The position numbers and the translations under genes were made by a program. The notes beneath the pieces are model-generated. The model saw nothing but the letters and a program-made list of their open reading frames with translations. It did no database searches and was not told the DNA's origin. A stretch of 11,121 nucleotides of DNA from a virus: UHGV virus genome UHGV-0151769; one strand, given 5' to 3'. Each line of letters opens with the position of its first letter. Positions within the stretch are counted from its first letter, which is position 1. Below, in pieces: positions 1 to 6,636 of the stretch.

Positions 1-51
1 CGGCGACCACCGAGATCTACACTCTTTCCCTACACGACGCTCTTCCGATCT
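1..51. other. Illumina TruSeq universal (P5) adapter fragment; technical contamination at the contig end
   Basis: Bases 1-51 read CGGCGACCACCGAGATCTACACTCTTTCCCTACACGACGCTCTTCCGATCT, which I recognise as the 3' 51 nt of the TruSeq universal adapter. Recognised from memory, not aligned. Confidence 0.9.
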
Positions 52-148
52 TTATCAAAACGAGAATGACGCGGGTTTAGTGGCACCGGGCTGAACTCAC
101 CGGGAGGCACCCGGCACCATGTGCATGATGATACAGATACGCGGCTTT

Positions 149-176
149 AGCCCCTCTCCGGAGGGGCTTTCTTATG
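149..176 (+). terminator. Putative rho-independent terminator for rightward transcription
   Basis: GC-rich 8-bp inverted repeat AGCCCCTC / GAGGGGCT with a 4-nt loop (TCCG), followed by TTCTTAT. Confidence 0.5.
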
Positions 177-178
177 GA

Positions 179-208
179 CAAAAAAAGCCCGCGCTGGGAG
201 ACGCGGGC
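179..208 (-). terminator. Putative intrinsic terminator oriented for leftward transcription
   Basis: A-run (179-186) directly followed by inverted repeat GCCCGCG / CGCGGGC with an 8-nt loop. On the - strand this reads as hairpin plus a run of 7-8 T. Confidence 0.35.
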
Positions 209-401
209 GGCAAGGAATAAACAATAAAACGTGAAGTAATATTTCAGCTGGCGAATAATACCCCATAGTAATCACTCTGCGCAACTGCGCGGTCTTTTTC
301 GAATTGCGGGCTGTAGTCTCCCTTCTGCCATTGTCCTGTAACTTCCGGACTTCAGCCTGCTCCTTATCTGACTCACAACATTATCCCGCCCGGGAGGATT
401 C

Positions 402-2363
402 ATGGCATTTAAACACTATGACGTGGTCAGGGCGGCATCGCCGTCAGACCTTGCGAAACGACTGACACAAAAACTGAAGGAGGGCTGGCAGCCGTTTGGT
501 AGTCCGGTGGCCATAACGCCTTATACCCTGATGCAGGCCATTGCGGCGGAAGGTGATGTCACCACACCTGTGGTGGTGAAGCCGTCGGATGGAGAAGGCG
601 CAGTTATCAGCACCACCAGCAACCCGGAGTATTACTTTGTTGTTGCCCTGGCCGGGCAGTCAAACGGTATGGCGTATGGTGAAGGGCTTCCGCTGCCGGA
701 GACATATGACCGTCCGGACCCGCGTATTAAACAGCTGGCGCGTCGCAGCACTGTCACGCCGGGTGGTGCGTCCTGTAACTACAATGACATTATTCCTGCG
801 GACCACTGCCTGCATGATGTTCAGGATTTGAGTAAGTTTTCACACCCGAAAGCCAGCGCAGCTCAGTATGGATGCGTGGGGCAGGGATTACATATCGCGA
901 AGAAATTGTTGCCGTTTATTCCGGCGAATGCCGGTATTCTTCTGGTTCCGTGCTGCCGTGGTGGTTCTGCATTTTTGGCGGGCGATGAAGGTACCTTCAG
1001 CGAATCCACCGGCGCAAGCGAGACCTCGGCACGCTGGGGTGTTGATAAGCCACTGTACAAGGACCTGCTTACCCGTACTCAGGCCGCACTGAAGGCCAAC
1101 CCTAAAAATATTCTGCTTGCAGTGGTCTGGATGCAGGGCGAGTTTGATTTGAAACAGGGTGCATACGCCACTCAGCCGGGGCTGTTTGATTCCATGGTGG
1201 AAAAATATCGTTCTGACCTGTCGGAATTCGGAGGTCAGTGTCTCGGGGGCTCTCCGTCATCGGTTCCCTGGATTTGTGGCGACACGACCTACTACTGGAA
1301 GCAGACTTATTCTTCGCAATACGATGCGGTGTATGGTGCATACAAGACGAAATCCGCAAAAAAAATCTTCTTTGTGCCGTTTATGACGGATGAAAACGGG
1401 CGAAATGTGGGTACCAACGAGCCGTCAGAAGATCCGGATGTTGCGGATATTGGGTATTACGGAGCCGGTGGTCGAACGGACGCCAAAACCTGGACGACGG
1501 CCGACCGTAAAACGCATTTTGGATCATGGGCACGTCGTGGGATTATTTCCGACCGTCTGGCAACGGCGATTCTTGTGCATGCCGGGAGAAACGCTGAATT
1601 CATTACCGGAAAACAGCCTGATACGGTGAAGCCCACCGGACCTTCCGGTGAAGGTACGGAGAGAGAGCCGGAAGCCCCGGTCAGTAACCGAACCCTGATG
1701 AGTCTGCTGGCGTCCGGCGAAGACCTGGCATCACAGGGCTGGCGCTATTATCACAAACCGGCGAGCGGAGACAATGTTAACAAAAACATTGCTGAAGCGG
1801 TGGTCAGTGATGCGGGGGCTACGGGAGGTAAGGCCCTGCAACTGAATAAACCGGAAAACCACATCTGGTTTCTGGAGCATGATGCAGCCGGACAGGGAGT
1901 GGAGTTACTGAAGAAGGGGGGACGTGTGAGCGTACGGTTTAAGTTGCCGGGTTCACTGGTGCCGAATCAGTTTGCCCTGGGCATTTACTGGCAGTTGTCG
2001 TCCCTGCCGGAGGGAGTGACGCTGGCAGAGGAAGGCAACGACATGCTGATGTCCTTCTTTCTGCAGACGGATGCGACGAACCTGAACGCGATGCACCACA
2101 AGAAGCCGAATGCGAAGCTGGAAACGTTCGGGGTCTTTGATAACGGATGGCACACACTGGCTTTTGAGTTTGCCGGAAACAACAGCATTCAGGTGACGCC
2201 GGTACTGGATGAGAAACGGGGGACGCCGTTCACACTGGTGAAATCTCCGGCATCAGGGGCGGCGGACAAACTGCAACTGACAGGCATATCAAAGGCGGCG
2301 ACATATACGCTGCTGATTGACAGTGTGAAGGTGGAAGTGAACAACGCGGACATCGCGGCATGA
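402..2363 (+). CDS. nanS-p: Prophage NanS-p-type sialate O-acetylesterase (N-terminal DUF1737-like region, SGNH-hydrolase domain, C-terminal putative carbohydrate-binding region)
   Basis: 653-aa ORF with a strong RBS (GGGAGGA, 5 nt before the ATG). A GQSNG block near residue 85 matches the SGNH/sialate-esterase catalytic-serine motif. The N-terminus (MAFKHYDVVRAASPSDLAKRLTQKLKEGWQPFG) matches what I recall of the large ORF downstream of stx in Stx phages such as 933W L0105. Position upstream of the lysis cassette is typical. Confidence 0.8.
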   Translation: MAFKHYDVVRAASPSDLAKRLTQKLKEGWQPFGSPVAITPYTLMQAIAAEGDVTTPVVVKPSDGEGAVISTTSNPEYYFVVALAGQSNGMAYGEGLPLPETYDRPDPRIKQLARRSTVTPGGASCNYNDIIPADHCLHDVQDLSKFSHPKASAAQYGCVGQGLHIAKKLLPFIPANAGILLVPCCRGGSAFLAGDEGTFSESTGASETSARWGVDKPLYKDLLTRTQAALKANPKNILLAVVWMQGEFDLKQGAYATQPGLFDSMVEKYRSDLSEFGGQCLGGSPSSVPWICGDTTYYWKQTYSSQYDAVYGAYKTKSAKKIFFVPFMTDENGRNVGTNEPSEDPDVADIGYYGAGGRTDAKTWTTADRKTHFGSWARRGIISDRLATAILVHAGRNAEFITGKQPDTVKPTGPSGEGTEREPEAPVSNRTLMSLLASGEDLASQGWRYYHKPASGDNVNKNIAEAVVSDAGATGGKALQLNKPENHIWFLEHDAAGQGVELLKKGGRVSVRFKLPGSLVPNQFALGIYWQLSSLPEGVTLAEEGNDMLMSFFLQTDATNLNAMHHKKPNAKLETFGVFDNGWHTLAFEFAGNNSIQVTPVLDEKRGTPFTLVKSPASGAADKLQLTGISKAATYTLLIDSVKVEVNNADIAA

Positions 2364-2401
2364 TAAAAAAAGCCGCCAGCGGCAGGAATGGAAGCTGGCG
2401 G
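2364..2401 (-). terminator. A-tract plus GC hairpin just after the nanS-p stop; reads as a terminator for leftward transcription
   Basis: ATAAAAAAA followed by GCCGCCAGC / GCTGGCGG around a 13-nt loop. There is no T-tract on the + side, so rightward termination is unlikely. Confidence 0.35.
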
Positions 2402-2499
2402 AGGTAATCCCAATGGAGAATGTAAAGAAAAGATGCTTTCGACATCAATCATTTCTAAATGAAAACAGTTCTCATTGTCAACCATAACGGTAAGAAATT

Positions 2500-2682
2500 A
2501 TGACATTTATTCATCAGGTAATGCTGTACTTCTGTATGGCAGTCTGTGTTATGTATCTTCTTTCGGGTGGGTACAGGGCAGTGCGCGATTTCTGGCGCAG
2601 GCAGATTGATAAAAGGGCCGCTGAGAGAATCAGCGCCAGTCAGTCAGCCGGAAGCAAACCCGAAGATCCGCTCATTCCGTAG
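2500..2682 (+). CDS. Hypothetical small protein (60 aa) with a hydrophobic N-terminal segment
   Basis: ORF in an otherwise non-coding gap. The N-terminus (VMLYFCMAVCVMYLLSGG) is hydrophobic. The RBS is weak, so it could be spurious. Confidence 0.3.
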   Translation: MTFIHQVMLYFCMAVCVMYLLSGGYRAVRDFWRRQIDKRAAERISASQSAGSKPEDPLIP

Positions 2683-2719
2683 TCACTTTCTTGACAACAC
2701 CTTTCAACGAGAAAATCCC

Positions 2720-2965
2720 ATGTCAGAAATCACATCCCTGGTCACTGCTGAGGCAGTGAAGGAAGTCCTGCGCTCTGAAGAAGTCCTGAGCGCACTGAAA
2801 CAGAAACTCCGCCAGAACCTTGAGTCGCGTCTTGATGCAGAAGTGGATGCCATTCTGGATGAGCTGCTGGGCGTACCAGCGGTTCCGGAGCCGGAAGGTA
2901 TCGCGGGTGACGGGAGTGCTTCAGATGGCGGTGAACCCACACCTGACAGCGACATGATGATGTAA
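2720..2965 (+). CDS. Hypothetical small acidic, probably helical protein (81 aa)
   Basis: The ORF is continuous from 2546 with no obvious RBS; I chose the ATG at 2720 because the protein from MSEITSLV onward looks like a real helical domain with an acidic tail ([19 protein letters not shown]). It sits just upstream of the holin, where Stx-type phages carry small conserved ORFs. Confidence 0.5.
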   Translation: MSEITSLVTAEAVKEVLRSEEVLSALKQKLRQNLESRLDAEVDAILDELLGVPAVPEPEGIAGDGSASDGGEPTPDSDMMM

Positions 2966-3041
2966 GCCTGCGCAAGGGACCATCGGTGTGTGCCGGTGGT
3001 CTTTATATTGTTGTGAGCTTCCGGATAACGGGAGACGGGGT

Positions 3042-3257
3042 ATGTACCAGATGGAAAAAATCACAACAGGTGTGTCATACACCACGTCAGCGGTGGGAAC
3101 GGGCTACTGGTTCCTGCAGTTGCTGGACAGGGTTTCCCCGTCTCAGTGGGCGGCAATAGGCGTGCTGGGGAGTCTGCTGTTTGGGCTGCTGACGTACCTG
3201 ACTAACCTGTATTTCAAAATCAAAGAGGACCGGCGTAAGGCGGCGCGGGGAGAGTAA
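3042..3257 (+). CDS. S: Pinholin (phage 21 S21-type class II holin) with dual-start motif
   Basis: 71 aa starting MYQMEKITT (Met1 and Met4 mirror the S21 antiholin/holin pair). Two TMDs ([13 protein letters not shown] and [23 protein letters not shown]) and a basic tail ([13 protein letters not shown]). GGAG lies 7 nt upstream. Strong resemblance to phage 21 S21 as I recall it. Confidence 0.85.
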   Translation: MYQMEKITTGVSYTTSAVGTGYWFLQLLDRVSPSQWAAIGVLGSLLFGLLTYLTNLYFKIKEDRRKAARGE

Positions 3258-3261
3258 AGTG

Positions 3262-3582
3262 ATGAATAAAAAATATGAACTGGTTGTTAAGGGGATAAAT
3301 AATTACGGGGATAAGGTTACTGTTACTGTGAAGCCGGAAGGTGACGGGCAAGCGTCGCTGTTGTTGCCAGATGTGGCGATTAGTCTTGACCGTACTGAAG
3401 GTGCCACGCTGGAGTTTTACGAAGCTGAGGCGAAAAAGCAGGCGAAGCAGTTTTTCATGGATGTTGCTGCCGGGTTATGTGAATGGAACGAACCGTTGCC
3501 GGAAAAGCGCCCCGTAGCTACCGGGAAGAATTACTTGTTCTCTGAAGATGCCGCCGTCAACACTGCGGTCAGAAAAAGATGA
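3262..3582 (+). CDS. Hypothetical protein (moron ORF A, about 106 aa); unknown function
   Basis: Starts 4 nt after the holin stop (GTG at 3259 or ATG at 3262) with GGGAGAG 7 nt upstream. Predicted soluble and charged, with no motif I recognise. Visibly more AT-rich than flanking lysis genes (by eye, not computed). Confidence 0.55.
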   Translation: MNKKYELVVKGINNYGDKVTVTVKPEGDGQASLLLPDVAISLDRTEGATLEFYEAEAKKQAKQFFMDVAAGLCEWNEPLPEKRPVATGKNYLFSEDAAVNTAVRKR

Positions 3583-4111
3583 TGTTGAATCACGTATTGA
3601 AAAACTGGAGAGCTACGTCGTTGAGCTGAATAAGAAATGGTCGATATTGGTGCCTTCTGGCGATGAAAAGCAGTTTGCTGCGTTTGACGATTATTGTCGG
3701 AAAGTGATGAGCAGAAATCTCGCAGAGTGTTTCAGTATTCATAATGATAATTTCAGTGAGCTGGAATGGGAGTGTAACCGGCCATCCTTTGTTGTATCCG
3801 GTGATGCTGGGAAAATAACCATCTCAGAAAATGGGAAAGTAACACCTCCATCGCACCAGCACAGTGAGGAGCTCATTGAATTTGCCATTGATTACCTGAA
3901 GAACAATAAAAAGCAGGGGCTGATGAAGCGCGTTGGCCGTTGCATGGGATATCTTCAGGTAGCCGCTGAGATTGAAGCGCTGGCCAGTGGTGCTGATAAG
4001 GATGCAATTGTGCGGGAGGCTCTTCTTCGTGATTTTAATACTCCACCCTTTAAAAAAGTGCCGGCTTACTGGCTTCATCCGGGGCTGACTTATCTTAAAG
4101 TGCGTATTTAG
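3548..4111 (+). CDS. Hypothetical protein (moron ORF B, 187 aa); unknown function
   Basis: ORF in the +1 frame relative to ORF A, overlapping it by 35 nt. No TMD, no signal peptide, no recognisable catalytic motif. AT-rich. Ends 36 nt before the endolysin start. The true start is uncertain; this frame is open from 3518. Confidence 0.55.
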   Translation: MPPSTLRSEKDDVESRIEKLESYVVELNKKWSILVPSGDEKQFAAFDDYCRKVMSRNLAECFSIHNDNFSELEWECNRPSFVVSGDAGKITISENGKVTPPSHQHSEELIEFAIDYLKNNKKQGLMKRVGRCMGYLQVAAEIEALASGADKDAIVREALLRDFNTPPFKKVPAYWLHPGLTYLKVRI

Positions 4112-4147
4112 TGGGCCAGGGACAGCGGCTGAATATTTAATATATCC

Positions 4148-4681
4148 ATGAACACCAAAATCAAATACGGCCTGTCGGCTGCCGTTCTGGCGCTGATTGC
4201 CGCTGGTGCGCCTGCGCCTGACATTCTCGACCAGTTTCTGGATGAAAAGGAAGGCAACCACACCACAGCATACCGTGATGGTGCAGGTATCTGGACCATC
4301 TGCCGTGGTGCCATCATGGTGGATGGCAAACCTGTCGTTCCGGGCATGAAGTTGTCGAAGGAAAAATGCGACCAGGTTAACGCCATTGAGCGTGATAAAG
4401 CGCTGGCGTGGGTGGAGAAAAACATCAGAGTGCCGCTGACCGAACCCCAGAAAGCGGGGATCGCGTCATTCTGTCCGTACAACATTGGTCCCGGTAAGTG
4501 TTTCCCGTCGACGTTTTACAGACGAATTAATGCTGGTGATCGAAAAGGTGCCTGCGAAGCGATTCGCTGGTGGATTAAGGACGGTGGCAGAGACTGCCGT
4601 ATTCGTTCAAACAACTGTTACGGTCAGGTATCCCGTCGTGACCAGGAGAGCGCGCTGGCGTGCTGGGGTATCGACAGATAA
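4148..4681 (+). CDS. R: SAR endolysin (T4-lysozyme-family muramidase with N-terminal signal-arrest-release domain)
   Basis: 177 aa. The N-terminal Gly/Ala-rich weakly hydrophobic segment (YGLSAAVLALIAAGAPAP) is a typical SAR domain. The catalytic triad is spaced as in T4 lysozyme and R21: E, then D 9 residues later, then T 6 residues after that (EGNHTTAYRDGAGIWT). Paired with a pinholin. Confidence 0.85.
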   Translation: MNTKIKYGLSAAVLALIAAGAPAPDILDQFLDEKEGNHTTAYRDGAGIWTICRGAIMVDGKPVVPGMKLSKEKCDQVNAIERDKALAWVEKNIRVPLTEPQKAGIASFCPYNIGPGKCFPSTFYRRINAGDRKGACEAIRWWIKDGGRDCRIRSNNCYGQVSRRDQESALACWGIDR

Positions 4682-4837
4682 GCAGAATATTTTGCTGAAA
4701 AATGAGGAATGGCCACGCGGGCGGATAACACGAAATCCTGCGAACTGGCGAAACGTAAGTGAATAAAAGTAAAAACCCCGTTTGTTGGCACCAAGCGAGG
4801 TTTTGTGTTTCTGACCTTGAGTAAGGCAAGGGAGAAC

Positions 4838-5020
4838 ATGGCGAAGTGTAAACGAATTCTGTTGAGGTTGACTATGAAAAATGGCCTTGAACTGAAAGCG
4901 CCTGTAACTGATGACATCAGCAGAGCACTGGCTTTTGCCATTAAGTGGGTGGCGGTCGGTGTTGCTGTGTCCCCGATGCTGTATGGGCTGGCAAAACTGG
5001 TCATTGCGTTGAAATCGTGA
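4838..5020 (+). CDS. Hypothetical small membrane protein (60 aa; alternative start at 4874 gives 48 aa)
   Basis: Basic N-terminus ([12 protein letters not shown]) followed by a hydrophobic segment ([28 protein letters not shown]). An RBS is present for both candidate starts (GGGAG before 4838; GAGG 6 nt before 4874). Confidence 0.4.
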   Translation: MAKCKRILLRLTMKNGLELKAPVTDDISRALAFAIKWVAVGVAVSPMLYGLAKLVIALKS

Positions 5021-5034
5021 AGGGAGGATTAAGC

Positions 5035-5166
5035 ATGTCAGACAAACTCATAACGCTGGCGAAGATCCTCTGTGTAATTGTCGGCATTTCATTTTCACTA
5101 ATGCTGGTTGCTCTTTTTCTTTCCATGGCCTGGATGATGTTGTCTTCGTCGGGGTTGCTGGGGTGA
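5035..5166 (+). CDS. Hypothetical small single-TMD membrane protein (43 aa)
   Basis: Strong RBS (AGGGAGGA) 6 nt before the ATG. One clear TMD ([26 protein letters not shown]). The stop overlaps the Rz start (GTGA), suggesting translational coupling. Confidence 0.5.
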   Translation: MSDKLITLAKILCVIVGISFSLMLVALFLSMAWMMLSSSGLLG

Positions 5167-5636
5167 ACATAAACCGAATGCTTTCCGCGTTTATCGTTAT
5201 TCTGCTGGTGGCCTGTGGTGCGCTGTGGATGGCAACAGACCATTACCGTGATAACGCGATTACCTACAAAGCGCAGCGCGATAACAAAGCCAGTGAACTG
5301 AAGCTGGCGAACGCAACCATTACTGATATGCAGGTGCGCCAGCGCGATGTTGCTGCGCTCGATGCAAAATACTCGAGGGAATTAGCCGATGCGAGAGCTG
5401 AAAATGAAACTCTTCGCGCTGACGTTGCCGCTGGTCGTAAGCGCCTGCGGATCAACGCCACCTGTCCAGGCTCCGTGCGTGAAGCCCCCACCACCTCCGG
5501 CGTGGATAATGCAACCGGCCCCCAACTGGCAGACACCGTTACACGGGATTATTTCACCCTCAGAGAGCGGCTGATGACGATGCACAAGCAACTGGAAGGG
5601 GCACAGGACTATATCCGCACTCAGTGCCTGAAATAA
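5163..5636 (+). CDS. Rz: Rz i-spanin (inner-membrane spanin subunit)
   Basis: N-terminal TMD, then a coiled-coil region closely resembling lambda Rz as I recall it ([63 protein letters not shown]). Start is GTG 5163 or ATG 5178. Confidence 0.85.
   Translation: MNINRMLSAFIVILLVACGALWMATDHYRDNAITYKAQRDNKASELKLANATITDMQVRQRDVAALDAKYSRELADARAENETLRADVAAGRKRLRINATCPGSVREAPTTSGVDNATGPQLADTVTRDYFTLRERLMTMHKQLEGAQDYIRTQCLK
5389..5574 (+). CDS. Rz1: Rz1 o-spanin (outer-membrane lipoprotein) nested in the +1 frame of Rz
   Basis: Entirely inside Rz in another frame. Signal peptide with lipobox (LPLVVSAC) and a proline-rich mature part ([30 protein letters not shown]) matching lambda Rz1. Confidence 0.8.
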   Translation: MRELKMKLFALTLPLVVSACGSTPPVQAPCVKPPPPPAWIMQPAPNWQTPLHGIISPSESG

Positions 5637-5946
5637 GTTTTGTTGATGCGCCGTATCGTCGCTATATTCCCTCATTAACAGAGACCGCAGCCCGACAGGG
5701 AGACTCCTCTGCGCGAGTGTGCGGGGATAATTAAAAACGATGCACACCGGGTTTTTACCGCGTTAATGATTCGCGGGTTTATCCCGGTGCGATGGTGGAA
5801 GAAACAGGAAGCTGTATTACAGAAAGTGCTACTACTGTATCCCGATGCGATGTATGTAATGTGAGTCAGATAATGGCACAGGATGTGGTGATGTGGCAGT
5901 CTGGAACACAGGATATATTGTCAGAATAAGACCCGTAGGAATAAAA

Positions 5947-6273
5947 ATGAAAAGACGCCTTTTACTACTTTTTCTGTTATCTGTCCTGGCAGTGGGATGC
6001 TCACAGCAAAAAGCTGATGAGCCCCGGCAATTAGTGACGGTGTATCCACGATATCCGGAATATGCTGCAGCAAATTATATCAAGGGGCTGGTTGAGGTTA
6101 AGTTCGATATTGGTGCTGATGGGACTGTGACACGGATCGTTTTTCTCCGCTCAGAGCCTCATAATTTGTTTCGTGATGAAGTGGTGAAGGCCATGGCGAA
6201 ATGGCGATTTGAAAAGAATCGCCCCTGTCAGGGAGTGAAGAGACAATTTATCTTTACGCCGTCACGTCCCTGA
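5947..6273 (+). CDS. Prophage lipoprotein with a TonB C-terminal-like domain (108 aa); probable moron
   Basis: AGGA 6 nt upstream. Signal peptide with lipobox (LLSVLAVGC). The C-terminal part (GLVEVKFDIGADGTVTRIVFLRSEPHNLFRDEVVKAMAKWRFE) lines up block by block with the E. coli TonB C-terminal domain as I recall it ([43 protein letters not shown]). Confidence 0.7.
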   Translation: MKRRLLLLFLLSVLAVGCSQQKADEPRQLVTVYPRYPEYAAANYIKGLVEVKFDIGADGTVTRIVFLRSEPHNLFRDEVVKAMAKWRFEKNRPCQGVKRQFIFTPSRP

Positions 6274-6395
6274 TGCTTCCAGGTAGAGAGGGGCTGGACG
6301 CAGGAGAAAAATGAAAGAGCCAGCGGTTATATTTTTGTCATGGCTGACGAGGAATGATGGAAGAAGGCGTTGTATGCCACACAACGCCTCACTGT

Positions 6396-6575
6396 TCATT
6401 TCTTCTTTTTCTCTGGTGGAACCCGATGAATAAGAGTTGCACTGGTTTCCGATGAGATGGCGATATACTCGGGCAAAGTATGCTGGCAGTTTTCCAACTG
6501 GTCAAAAATACCTGCTCTCGTCTGTTGCAATGCCTGCAGCATGCGGCGGCAATGCGCCTTGCTTTTACTAACCAT
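6396..6575 (-). CDS. Hypothetical small protein (59 aa counted from the internal Met that has an RBS)
   Basis: The leftward ORF is open from 6749, but only the ATG at 6575 has a good RBS (AGGAAGGAAAG). Ends in a lysine run (PPEKKKK). No function recognised. Confidence 0.25.
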   Translation of the reverse strand: MVSKSKAHCRRMLQALQQTRAGIFDQLENCQHTLPEYIAISSETSATLIHRVPPEKKKK

Positions 6576-6636
6576 CTTTCCTTCCTCTATCAGTCGCTGC
6601 GTGAACTCATCATGTAATACCAGGTAAATGCGGATG

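Noticed and set aside
52-400. Possible tRNA genes or the 3' end of stxB upstream of nanS-p.
   Set aside because: I could not identify a cloverleaf-compatible segment or any Stx B-subunit coding sequence in either strand. Only terminator-like hairpins are present.
589-2188. Many 60-90-aa ORFs on both strands inside the nanS-p gene (for example 589-831, 863-1060, 1102-1359, 1939-2157).
   Set aside because: All lie wholly within a long, motif-supported CDS in other frames or antisense. They have no RBS support and their compositions look like out-of-frame GC-rich artefacts.
2189-2485. Leftward ORFs (98 aa and 72 aa) spanning the nanS-p 3' end and the downstream hairpin.
   Set aside because: They overlap the nanS-p stop region and a hairpin, with no RBS and low-complexity translations; judged spurious.
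2546-2719. N-terminal extension of the 2720-2965 ORF to the ATG at 2546 (139-aa version).
   Set aside because: The extension is Arg/Gly/Pro-rich, non-protein-like, and overlaps the 2500-2682 ORF out of frame. The ATG at 2720 begins the part that looks like a real domain.
3824-4485. Leftward ORFs of 145 aa and 125 aa antisense to moron ORF B and the endolysin.
   Set aside because: Antisense to two better-supported + strand genes; translations are low complexity without start context.
4485-5004. ORFs 4485-4766 (+), 4575-4829 (-) and 4624-5004 (-) around the endolysin 3' end.
   Set aside because: They overlap the endolysin or the small membrane-protein ORFs in alternative frames with no RBS.
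5264-5747. Leftward ORFs of 90 aa and 121 aa inside Rz/Rz1.
   Set aside because: Antisense to the doubly-coding Rz/Rz1 segment; GC-rich frame artefacts.
5893-5946. Upstream extension of the lipoprotein ORF to the ATG at 5893.
   Set aside because: The ATG at 5947 has an AGGA RBS and begins a canonical lipoprotein signal peptide; the extension has neither.
5901-5946. Possible sigma-70 promoter for the lipoprotein gene (TTGTCA near 5918, TATATT near 5914).
   Set aside because: The spacing between candidate -35 and -10 hexamers does not fit well in any combination I tried; without a scoring tool I will not call it.
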